Source of the DNA: an uncultured Bacilli bacterium
GTDB taxonomy: Bacteria > Bacillota_I > Bacilli_A > RF39 > UBA660
NCBI GenBank assembly: GCA_934157235.1
Contig: CAKPHH010000001.1
Coordinates: 131,330-195,329 of the forward strand
Length of the DNA: 64,000 bases
Direction of reading: 5' to 3'
The notes under the pieces were generated by a model. It was not told the DNA's origin, did no database searches, and was given only the letters and a program-made list of their open reading frames with translations. Below, one piece after another: positions 19,025 to 27,464 of the stretch; the stretch's first letter is position 1, and each line of letters opens with the position of its first letter. The translations under genes and the position numbers were made by a program.

Positions 19025-21589
19025 ATGGCAAAAAGTAAAACAGAAGAAGTAATAGAAAAAATATTTGATTATACTCTAGAAGACATAATGGGTGAAAGAT
19101 TTGGAAGTTATTCTAAGTATATCATCCAAGACCGTGCAATTCCTGATGCTAGAGATGGATTAAAACCTGTTCAACGTCGTATTTTATATTCTATGTATAA
19201 AGAGAAAAACACCTACGACCATGGCTATCGTAAAAGTGCCAAAACTGTTGGAGATGTAATTGGTAACTACCATCCTCATGGAGATAGTTCAATCTACGAC
19301 GCTATGGTTAGAATGAGTCAACCTTGGAAGACAAGACTACCATATATAGATATGCATGGTAACAATGGATCAATCGATGGTGATTCTCCCGCTGCTTATC
19401 GTTATACTGAAGCAAGACTTTCAAAGATAAGTAATGAAATGGTAAAAGACATCGATAAAAATACTGTTGAGTTTGCACCAAACTTCGATGACACCACAGT
19501 AGAGCCAACTGTCTTACCAGCTAAGTTCCCAGCTTTACTTGTCTATGGCGCCCAAGGTATATCAGCTGGTTATGCCACTAATATTCCTCCACACAACTTA
19601 GGGGAAGTAATAGATGCTACTATTTATCGTATCGATCATCCAGAATGTAGTCTAGAAGATTTAATGCAATACGTAAAAGGTCCGGATTTTCCAACCGGTG
19701 CTATAGTTGAGGGTATTGAAGGAATCAAAGAAGCCTACACAACTGGTAGAGGTAAAATAAATATTAAAAGTAAATATACTTTTGAAGAAGAAAAAGGAAA
19801 ACTATCCCTAGTTATAACTGAAATTCCTTTTGAAACTAATAAAGCTCTTTTAGTTAAAAAGATCGATGATATTAGAATTGATAAGAAAATAGATGGTATC
19901 GTTGAAGTAAGAGATGAGTCAGCTGCCGATATCAGAATTGTTATTGATTTAAAGAAAACAGCTAATAAAGACTTAATTGTAAACTACTTATTAAAAAATA
20001 CCGATATGCAAATAAGTTATAACTTCAATATGGTCTCAATCGTTAATAGAAGACCAAAACTACTAGGACTAGCAGCTTCTCTTGATGCCTTTATTGCTCA
20101 TCAACGAGATGTTGTAAAAAGAAGAACTGAGTTCGACCTTGCTCACGCTAAAGCTCGTTATCATATCGTTGAAGGTTTAATTAAATGCATTTCTATTCTT
20201 GATGAAGTAATTAAAGTAATTAGAGCTTCTAAAAATAAACAAGATGCTAAAGATAACTTAGTTAAAGAGTTTGAATTTACTCCAGAACAAGCTGAAGCTA
20301 TCGTTGTCTTACAATTATATCGCCTAACTAATACCGATGTAGTTGCCCTAGAAAATGAAAAAGCTGCTTTAGAAAAAATAATTTCTGGTCTAACTTCTAT
20401 TCTTGGTAGTGAAGCTGTTTTAAAATCTGTTATGAAAAAAGACTTACGTGATGTAAGAGACAATTATGAAACACCTAGAATAACAGAAATAAAAGATGAA
20501 ATAACTGAAATTAAAATAGATACAACAGCTATGATACCAAAAGAAGATGTTGTTGTTTTAGTAACTAAAGATGGTTACATTAAGCGTACTTCTTTCCGTA
20601 GTTATACTGCCTCTAATCCAGATGATATCACAATAAAAGAAAATGACTACATTATTGGAATGTATGAAATGAATACCACCGATACTTTATTATTATTTAC
20701 AAGTATGGGTAATTATCTTCACATTCCAATTCATATAATTCCAGATTTAAAATGGAAAGACATGCCAAAACATGTAAGTAATTTAATAGAAATGGCCTCT
20801 GGCGAAAGTATTGTTTCTGCTATACCAGCTTATAATTTTGAAACCGAGAAGAATATTGTCATTGCTACCCATGATGGTATGATTAAGCGTTCCAAGTTAA
20901 AAGAGTTCAAACTTCTTCGTTACTCTAAAGAAACAAGCTGTATGAAACTAAAAGATAACGATTATGTCATTGCCGCTTTCACTGAAGAAAAGCCATGTCT
21001 ATTCCTAACAACGGACTCTGGCTATGGACTAAGTTTCAAAATGGAAGAGGTACCTGTTGTTGGTGTTAAAGCATCTGGTGTCAAAGCCATAAAATTAAAA
21101 GATGACAATTTAGTATCTGCAAATCAATACAGTGAGAATGAAGATGAATTTATAGCTATTATTACAGATAAAGGTACGGGAAAACGTGTCCGACTAAACG
21201 AATTCGAATTATCAACCAGAACTAGACGAGGTCTCTTAGTAATAAGAGAAGTAAAGACTAATCCATATAAAGTCCTAAAAACATTTATTACAGACTCTAA
21301 AAACTTTATTGGTCTTAAAAACAATGATATAAATATTGTTAAATTAACTGAACTTCCAATAAGTGATCGCCATTCTATTGGCAGTCAATTGACAAAGCAT
21401 AATTTAATTGATGTCTTCCAAGAAGCAACTTTAATAAGAAGTACTAAAGAACAAATTGATTTAATAGCCGACAAAGAAATTACTAAAATTGAAACTGTAG
21501 AAGAAAAGGAAGAAAAGCCTAAAAAAGAAAAGATTTCATTAAAGGAGATAGATGATCGTCTAATGACTATAGATGACTTCTTAAATTAA
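19025..21589 (+). CDS. parC: Type IIA topoisomerase A subunit, most likely topoisomerase IV ParC
   Basis: Active-site region around AAYRYTEARL. Winged-helix and beta-pinwheel C-terminus. No QRRGGKG GyrA-box seen. Lys/Glu-rich C-terminal tail. Confidence 0.8.
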   Translation: MAKSKTEEVIEKIFDYTLEDIMGERFGSYSKYIIQDRAIPDARDGLKPVQRRILYSMYKEKNTYDHGYRKSAKTVGDVIGNYHPHGDSSIYDAMVRMSQPWKTRLPYIDMHGNNGSIDGDSPAAYRYTEARLSKISNEMVKDIDKNTVEFAPNFDDTTVEPTVLPAKFPALLVYGAQGISAGYATNIPPHNLGEVIDATIYRIDHPECSLEDLMQYVKGPDFPTGAIVEGIEGIKEAYTTGRGKINIKSKYTFEEEKGKLSLVITEIPFETNKALLVKKIDDIRIDKKIDGIVEVRDESAADIRIVIDLKKTANKDLIVNYLLKNTDMQISYNFNMVSIVNRRPKLLGLAASLDAFIAHQRDVVKRRTEFDLAHAKARYHIVEGLIKCISILDEVIKVIRASKNKQDAKDNLVKEFEFTPEQAEAIVVLQLYRLTNTDVVALENEKAALEKIISGLTSILGSEAVLKSVMKKDLRDVRDNYETPRITEIKDEITEIKIDTTAMIPKEDVVVLVTKDGYIKRTSFRSYTASNPDDITIKENDYIIGMYEMNTTDTLLLFTSMGNYLHIPIHIIPDLKWKDMPKHVSNLIEMASGESIVSAIPAYNFETEKNIVIATHDGMIKRSKLKEFKLLRYSKETSCMKLKDNDYVIAAFTEEKPCLFLTTDSGYGLSFKMEEVPVVGVKASGVKAIKLKDDNLVSANQYSENEDEFIAIITDKGTGKRVRLNEFELSTRTRRGLLVIREVKTNPYKVLKTFITDSKNFIGLKNNDINIVKLTELPISDRHSIGSQLTKHNLIDVFQEATLIRSTKEQIDLIADKEITKIETVEEKEEKPKKEKISLKEIDDRLMTIDDFLN

Positions 21590-21590
21590 T

Positions 21591-22772
21591 ATGGGACTTA
21601 CTACAGAATATCCAAATTTAAATAAGGCTTTAAACGACTATTGTCAAAAGATGAATGGAACTCAATTTTTAGAAAATGCCTCATACTTTTATTATTTGAC
21701 TAATGGGTTAAATGGTCTCATACGTCAAGAATTTCCTTTTTCAAAATTAAAAGAGCTTGAAGCAAACTCAAGAGAGAATTCTAGAAAATTATCCTTGGAG
21801 GAGTCTCTTCTTCTAGTAACTGAATATCTTGAAGAAAGACTTCCCCAATATAAAGATAGATTTCTCCGAAATCTAAAAGATGGAACTATCAATATCATTG
21901 CAGACAGGGAAGAAGATAAGAACGAAAGGCCTCATGCTGGAAAAGGGCAGAATAGGCACTTATTTGCTAGCATTCCTTTAGAATACACAACAGAGGATCC
22001 AATAAGTATAATTCATGAGTTTCTTCACACTATAAACTGTGTATATGGCAACAGTTTACTTAGAAGATATGTAACGGAGACCATTTCTATCTATTTTGAA
22101 TCAGACCTTTGCCAATTTTTAAAGGAGAAAGGTTTTACTGAAGAAGAACTTATAGTTAATGATATCTATCGTTTGAGAGATTTAGCTAGTTGTACAAATG
22201 GTTTTCTCCAAATAATACCGATATTAGATAGTTTTCGTTTGCTTGGTCCAATTAATAGTGATACTTATGATAACCTAGTAAAATTAAAGATTTTTCCCAG
22301 ATACAGTAAAAAAGAAGATTTCTATGAACAAGTTGCCGAATACGAGAAAAAATTAGCGGACATTGAAGAACGTGCTAAAAAGTTACATATATCTGAAAGA
22401 AAACCCATGACAGATCCACTTACACTGTTTGGCTATATTATTGGCAGTCTTATTTCTTATTATGCCATTGCTGAAGGAACTCCAGAGATTCATCAAAAGA
22501 TGATAAACTTAAATGAAATCGTAAACACAGATATTTTTACTAGTTTAAGAACACATGTAGCGTCTGGTAAGAAAGTAGAGGCTTATTCGTCCCAACTTAG
22601 CCTAACTGAACTAGCTAACATAGATAATCTATCCACTATTGTTGAGTATATTGGCCTAGATATAACTGATGAAGAAAAACTAAAAAATAAACTTCTTCCT
22701 CCTTTGAAGAAGAAACTTCAACAAGTAAAAGACTACAGTAATGGTCAAAAAGATATTACAAAAGAGAAGTAA
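21591..22772 (+). CDS. Hypothetical protein with a gluzincin-like HExxH...E motif; putative zinc metallopeptidase-like
   Basis: IIHEFLHT followed about 18 aa later by ETISIYFE. Starts 2 nt after the parC stop with no RBS of its own, so it is probably translationally coupled. Confidence 0.5.
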   Translation: MGLTTEYPNLNKALNDYCQKMNGTQFLENASYFYYLTNGLNGLIRQEFPFSKLKELEANSRENSRKLSLEESLLLVTEYLEERLPQYKDRFLRNLKDGTINIIADREEDKNERPHAGKGQNRHLFASIPLEYTTEDPISIIHEFLHTINCVYGNSLLRRYVTETISIYFESDLCQFLKEKGFTEEELIVNDIYRLRDLASCTNGFLQIIPILDSFRLLGPINSDTYDNLVKLKIFPRYSKKEDFYEQVAEYEKKLADIEERAKKLHISERKPMTDPLTLFGYIIGSLISYYAIAEGTPEIHQKMINLNEIVNTDIFTSLRTHVASGKKVEAYSSQLSLTELANIDNLSTIVEYIGLDITDEEKLKNKLLPPLKKKLQQVKDYSNGQKDITKEK

Positions 22773-22820
22773 AAAACTTCTTTTTTCTTTGCCTAAACAT
22801 ACAATTATATAGGTGATAAT

Positions 22821-23183
22821 ATGTCGAAAGAAACATTTAAAGCATTTGCTAGGAGTCATCCTGAACTTGCAACATCTGTCATGAAAAATAATGCAACTTG
22901 GCAAAAACTTTATGAACTATATGAAATATATGGTGAAAACAGCCAAGTATGGGATGGCTACTTTTCAAAAACAACATCTCTTTCCGATAAGACAACCGCC
23001 TTTTCTGCCTCTTTCAAAGACTTATTTAATACCGTAAAAAATGTTGATCTAGAATCAGTTCAAAAAGGCGTAAATAATCTTCAAAAAACTATTGGTCTCC
23101 TTCAAGATATCGGTTTTTCAACAACAGCATCCAAAACTCCAACTTATGAACCAAGACCAATCCATAAATACTTCGAGGATTAA
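22821..23183 (+). CDS. YlbD-like (spore-coat-associated) small protein
   Basis: The motif FKAFARSHPELATSVMKNNATWQKLYELYEIYGE resembles B. subtilis YlbD. Sits upstream of rsmD (ylbH), as in Bacillus. Confidence 0.45.
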   Translation: MSKETFKAFARSHPELATSVMKNNATWQKLYELYEIYGENSQVWDGYFSKTTSLSDKTTAFSASFKDLFNTVKNVDLESVQKGVNNLQKTIGLLQDIGFSTTASKTPTYEPRPIHKYFED

Positions 23184-23184
23184 C

Positions 23185-23406
23185 ATGGATTTATACACGA
23201 TTAATTATATAAAAACTAACCCTTTAATATATAATTACTTAAGAGAAAACTCCTCTTGGTATAAATATTTAAATAGATCATCATCCTACTTAAAACCCTT
23301 AGAAGAAGAAATGAAAGAAAAATATAAATTAAGACCACAAGATCGCATAGAAAAAATATCTCAAGGAATAAGTATGGTTTCCAATATTTTAGATGTATTA
23401 AAATAG
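23185..23406 (+). CDS. YlbE-like small protein (73 aa)
   Basis: The ATG at 23185 is 1 nt after the stop of the preceding gene, with GAGGA 6 nt upstream. Aromatic-rich NPLIYNYLRENSSWYKYLNR. Confidence 0.4.
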   Translation: MDLYTINYIKTNPLIYNYLRENSSWYKYLNRSSSYLKPLEEEMKEKYKLRPQDRIEKISQGISMVSNILDVLK

Positions 23407-23428
23407 ATTTTATGTTAAAATATAATAT

Positions 23429-23713
23429 ATGGAAGAGTTAATAGAAAAGTTAGAAAATTTAAAAAATGAATTAAATGATACTGCTGAAGTAGTAAGAGTA
23501 AAGGATTTAAATTTAAAAATTAAAGATGCCCATGAGCTTCAAACTAAACTTTCTGAGTATAAAAGGACAAACTCTGAAAAATTAAAAAAAGAAATATATA
23601 ATGATAATCTATATCAAGAATATAAAGAAGCTGAAACAGATTTAAACATTTTAATAATGCAAATAAACAAATTCTTAAGAAAAGTAAATAGTAAAGGCAA
23701 GTGTGGTTTATGA
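23429..23713 (+). CDS. YlbF/YmcA/YheA (Com_YlbF/UPF0342)-like helical regulatory protein
   Basis: Predicted helical. C-terminal ETDLNILIMQINKFL resembles the family's (N/E)xLNILLQDINKII. The position matches ylbF. Confidence 0.4.
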   Translation: MEELIEKLENLKNELNDTAEVVRVKDLNLKIKDAHELQTKLSEYKRTNSEKLKKEIYNDNLYQEYKEAETDLNILIMQINKFLRKVNSKGKCGL

Positions 23714-24258
23714 AAGTAATATCTGGAATATATAAAGGTAGAAATTTAAAAGGATTTAATATGCCTGGAACAAGGCCAACAATGGATAGGGTAAAAGAAA
23801 GTCTCTTTGCTTGCATTCAAAATGATTTAAAAGAAAGCGTTGTCCTTGATTTGTTTTCAGGATCTGCCTCTCTTGCTATCGAAGCTCTTAGTCAAGGCGC
23901 GAAAGAGGCTTATGCTGTTGATAAGAATAAAGAAGCAATTAAGACAATTAATGAAAATATTAAAAATATTGGTGTCAAAAATTGTAAAGTATATCTATCT
24001 AGTTATGACCAAGCCTTACAAAAATTTAAAGCAGAAAATCTTAAATTTGATTTGATTTTTTTAGATCCTCCGTATGAAACAAATTATATTGAAAAAAGCC
24101 TAAAATTAATATTAGAATTAGATTTGTTAAGTACTAATGGTTTAATAGTTTGCGAAAGTAACAGTCTAGATAAAATAATCTTCTCACCAAGCTTAACAAA
24201 TATCAAAGAAAAAAGATATGGCGATAAATGGGTGGTTATCCTTAAAAAAGTATGCTAA
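23710..24258 (+). CDS. rsmD: 16S rRNA (guanine966-N2)-methyltransferase RsmD
   Basis: GRNLKG, DLFSGSASLAIEALSQGA (SAM-binding), FLDPPYE catalytic motif. Start moved to MKVISGIYKGR. Confidence 0.8.
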   Translation: MKVISGIYKGRNLKGFNMPGTRPTMDRVKESLFACIQNDLKESVVLDLFSGSASLAIEALSQGAKEAYAVDKNKEAIKTINENIKNIGVKNCKVYLSSYDQALQKFKAENLKFDLIFLDPPYETNYIEKSLKLILELDLLSTNGLIVCESNSLDKIIFSPSLTNIKEKRYGDKWVVILKKVC

Positions 24259-24285
24259 AATATAAATAGAATAAAAGAATAAATA

Positions 24286-26343
24286 ATGGTGATGCTAATG
24301 AATAAGTGTAAATTGAATAATCGAGGGTTTGCAATTTCTTCTGTATTATATTCCTTATTAATAATGGTCTTTTTAGTAGTAACATTAATGATGGGAATAA
24401 TGGCATCTAACAGAAGAAGTACCCATAAATTAGTTGATACAATTGAAGAAGAATTAAATCGATATGGTCTTTCTTCAACCGAATTAGGCTATAAAGATAA
24501 TGGTGGGAACCTAGAAGCTCAAGAGTATGTAGCTTTACAATCAGGCTGGTACAAAATAGAACTATGGGGTGCTGCAGGGGGCTCTACTAATTCAAAAATC
24601 GGAAATAAAGTTCGAAATGGTGGCAGAGGCTCTTATACATCTGGTCTTATTTATCTAAATAAAGATGATAAATTATATTTCTATATTGGTGGTACAACGA
24701 CTACTAATAAAGGCGGTGCCAATGGCGGCGGCGATGGTGGAACGGAAACTGGCATGGGCGGCGGCGGAGCTACTGATGTTCGCTATGGTACTGAATTAGA
24801 AACTAGAATAATGATTGCTGCTGGTGGTGGGGGAGCCGACTCTTTAGGAAAAGGATCATCTGGCGGCTCTGGTGGAATATTAAGCGGTAATAGTGCTAAT
24901 GTTAATAATACCAGTGATGGTACTTATACCAAAGCTGTATATGGTAAACAAGAAGGCCTAACAAGCCAAACACAAAGTAAAGCTAATGAGGCAACAATAA
25001 AAAAACTTTGTAATGCTGCGACCATGACATCTAATACTACTTTTGATTATAATGCCTGTGGTAGATTAGGTTATGGTGGAAGTGCCTCAGGTGCCAATGG
25101 TGGCGGCGGTGGAGCTGGTTACTTCGGCGGAGGTGCTGGAACTGGTAACAACTCTACATCTGGTTCTGGAGCTGGAGGTTCAAGCTTTATTGTAGGCTAC
25201 TCTGGAATATATATAAAGGGAATTACTGTAGATGAGACTTACTACATACCTGACCCAACAAGAGAAAGTCCATATTATTTCCTTGATGGTATGATATCAG
25301 GTGCAGTTAATAATGACGAAGGTCACGCTAAAATAGAACTTGTTTCCTTATTAGGAGCCGATGAAAAACCTCGTATCAGAAACAACGATTTGAAAGAAGT
25401 ACAATATATTAAAGACTGCACTAAAGGAACAAATGATAACCGAAAGGTTGCTTCTTGGATTGAACTACAAGCTTTAACAAACGGAACCAACGTTGCATTA
25501 AATAAACAATTAACAGTACTTAAAAATAATGCTGATATAACAGCTGACATTCAAGCCTCAACACTTAAAAGAGTGGTGGATGGAAATACATCCTCAGCCG
25601 TTCGCCTTGATGTTAATAAAGATACAAATGATGAAGTATGTGTAATTGTTAATCTTGGCAGCGTATACGAACTAGATGAAATATATGCTTATCACAGATG
25701 GGGTAACACTAGAAGTGCGGCAATATACGGCCATAACTTATCATTATCAACAGATAACAGAAATTGGAAGACAATTAAATCCTATACTGATGATAGTGTT
25801 GAAAGTCCTCCTGAACAGTCATCTGCTTACCGTTACACAGCATGGTCACTTAACCCAAGTGAAAAGATTGCTAAAGGAATTTATTTTATTAAGTCAGCTC
25901 TAGGTGGCGAAGGAAGATTCTTGGTAGCTCAAAACAATAACGACAGTGTCACTGGTGAGACAATGGCCGAACGCCACGTTTCCTTAGGCAAAAATCTTAA
26001 TGGTAATATCAATAAATGGGCCATTAGTGAACTTGATAATGGTTACTACAAAATTGTTGAAGTAGAAGGAAATAATGCCCTTCAAGTAAAAGATAACCTT
26101 GGTCAAGAAAATACTGCTGTAAATACAGCTGACAAACATGGTAAAGATTATGATTGGACACAATGGAAAATAACTCCACTAAAAGATGGAACCTATTATA
26201 TTCAAACCAAAGTTGGAAATAATTTTTATCTTGCCACAACGAAAAACTCCTTCTTTGTTGATTCAGACATAAGAATAACAAAAAAAGGTACTGGAGATAC
26301 CCTTTATACAACTAGATGGAAGCTAGAATTAGCATCATATTAG
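24286..26343 (+). CDS. Surface protein: prepilin-like/TM N-terminus, glycine-rich (Gly_rich-like) domain, F5/8 discoidin-like domain, C-terminal ricin-B (QxW) beta-trefoil lectin domain
   Basis: N-terminus NNRG|FAISSVLYSLLIMVFLVV. GGxGG-rich region at about aa 90-300. NRKVASWIELQ...AYHRWGNTR discoidin-like. C-terminal repeats with TQWKI and TRWKLE motifs. Confidence 0.7.
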   Translation: MVMLMNKCKLNNRGFAISSVLYSLLIMVFLVVTLMMGIMASNRRSTHKLVDTIEEELNRYGLSSTELGYKDNGGNLEAQEYVALQSGWYKIELWGAAGGSTNSKIGNKVRNGGRGSYTSGLIYLNKDDKLYFYIGGTTTTNKGGANGGGDGGTETGMGGGGATDVRYGTELETRIMIAAGGGGADSLGKGSSGGSGGILSGNSANVNNTSDGTYTKAVYGKQEGLTSQTQSKANEATIKKLCNAATMTSNTTFDYNACGRLGYGGSASGANGGGGGAGYFGGGAGTGNNSTSGSGAGGSSFIVGYSGIYIKGITVDETYYIPDPTRESPYYFLDGMISGAVNNDEGHAKIELVSLLGADEKPRIRNNDLKEVQYIKDCTKGTNDNRKVASWIELQALTNGTNVALNKQLTVLKNNADITADIQASTLKRVVDGNTSSAVRLDVNKDTNDEVCVIVNLGSVYELDEIYAYHRWGNTRSAAIYGHNLSLSTDNRNWKTIKSYTDDSVESPPEQSSAYRYTAWSLNPSEKIAKGIYFIKSALGGEGRFLVAQNNNDSVTGETMAERHVSLGKNLNGNINKWAISELDNGYYKIVEVEGNNALQVKDNLGQENTAVNTADKHGKDYDWTQWKITPLKDGTYYIQTKVGNNFYLATTKNSFFVDSDIRITKKGTGDTLYTTRWKLELASY

Positions 26344-26375
26344 AGGCCTCTTTACAGGCCCTCTAATTTTTTTAA
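26341..26375 (+). terminator. Rho-independent terminator
   Basis: AGAGGCC-tctttaca-GGCCCTCT hairpin followed by a T7 run. Confidence 0.5.
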
Positions 26376-26381
26376 AAAATA

Positions 26382-26408
26382 TTAGCACAAGTGGTTGACA
26401 AGTGCTAA
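26382..26408 (+). promoter_or_regulatory. CIRCE operator 1 (HrcA binding site)
   Basis: TTAGCACAA-N9-AAGTGCTAA, against the consensus TTAGCACTC-N9-GAGTGCTAA. The 9-nt spacer contains the -35 TTGACA. Confidence 0.75.
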
Positions 26409-26423
26409 AAAAAGTCATACAAT
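26395..26423 (+). promoter_or_regulatory. Sigma-A promoter of the hrcA-grpE-dnaK operon, embedded in and between the CIRCE elements
   Basis: -35 TTGACA (26395-26400), 17-nt spacer, -10 TACAAT (26418-26423). Confidence 0.55.
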
Positions 26424-26427
26424 ACTA

Positions 26428-26454
26428 TTAGCACTGATAAAGTGATAGTGCTAG
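26428..26454 (+). promoter_or_regulatory. CIRCE operator 2
   Basis: TTAGCACTG-N9-TAGTGCTAG, immediately upstream of the AGGAGG RBS. Confidence 0.8.
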
Positions 26455-26468
26455 GAGGTTGATGAAGA

Positions 26469-27458
26469 GTGTTGACTAAAAGACAGAGTAACGTCTTAAA
26501 GTTAATTGTCGAAAGATATATTAAAGAAGCAAAACCTATTGGGTCAAAAATAATATCTAAAGCCCTAAAATGTTCAAGTGCCACAGTTCGTAATGAAATG
26601 GCCGCACTTGAAAATGCCGGTTACTTAGAAAAAACTCATACTTCATCTGGCAGAGTACCAAGTGAGTTAGGCTATCGCTACTATGTAGATAACTTAATGG
26701 AATTAAAAAAGATGAATGCTGAAGATATGTTAAAGCTTCAAATAGTTTTTAGAAATCAACAATTAGCTTTGTCGGACGTAATTACTAAAAGCTTACAAGT
26801 CATTTCAGATATTACTAACTATACGACAATTGTATTAGGAAGTACATCACATGAAAATCTACTTAAACAAATCGAAGTAGTACCTATAGATGATACTAGT
26901 ATGATTGTGATTATTGTAACTGATAAAGGACATGTAGAACATAAAAGCATTAAGTTGAATGATGTTTCACTTGATGAAATTAAAAAAACAGTCAACTTAA
27001 TCAACAATCTAATAGCCGGAACACCAATTGATGAAGTAAGTGCTAAATTAGAGTATGAAATAAAGCCTATTATTGGAAAGTATGTTAAACAACATGAACA
27101 ATTATATAATGCCTTTTATCATGTATTTAATGATTTTACCAATCAAGAAGTAAATGTCGTAGGAAGACATAAAATATTGGAACAACCTGAATTTAGTACT
27201 AATATTGAAAAGATCAAAAACATATATAATAAGTTAGAAGATAAAGAAGTTCTTCGAAAGATTGAAGAAGATACTGAGAATAATATCAAAGTATATATTG
27301 GTGCTGAAAGTAACATAGATGATGATGTTACAGTTATAAAAACAAGGTTTAAAACACCTACAGAAGAAGGCACAATCGCTATTATTGGTCCAAAGAGAAT
27401 GGAATATGATCAAGTTGTTTCCATGCTAGAATACATGAAGGAAAACATTGAAAGGTAG
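26469..27458 (+). CDS. hrcA: Heat-inducible transcription repressor HrcA (GTG start)
   Basis: N-terminal winged-helix (LTKRQSNVLKLIVERYI...PIGSK). The GTG start is 9 nt after AGGAGG. Directly downstream of CIRCE and upstream of grpE-dnaK. Confidence 0.9.
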   Translation: MLTKRQSNVLKLIVERYIKEAKPIGSKIISKALKCSSATVRNEMAALENAGYLEKTHTSSGRVPSELGYRYYVDNLMELKKMNAEDMLKLQIVFRNQQLALSDVITKSLQVISDITNYTTIVLGSTSHENLLKQIEVVPIDDTSMIVIIVTDKGHVEHKSIKLNDVSLDEIKKTVNLINNLIAGTPIDEVSAKLEYEIKPIIGKYVKQHEQLYNAFYHVFNDFTNQEVNVVGRHKILEQPEFSTNIEKIKNIYNKLEDKEVLRKIEEDTENNIKVYIGAESNIDDDVTVIKTRFKTPTEEGTIAIIGPKRMEYDQVVSMLEYMKENIER

Positions 27459-27464
27459 GAGAGT

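Noticed and set aside
23092-23184. ORF-track start for the 104-aa ORF overlapping the YlbD-like gene
   Set aside because: It overlaps the preceding gene in another frame for 90 nt. The internal Met at 23185 sits 1 nt after the upstream stop with a GAGGA RBS, giving a 73-aa product.
24700-25200. Repetitive GGC GGC GGT nucleotide runs as a possible simple-sequence repeat or CRISPR-like array
   Set aside because: They are in-frame Gly codons of the Gly-rich protein, with no regular spacer or repeat periodicity.
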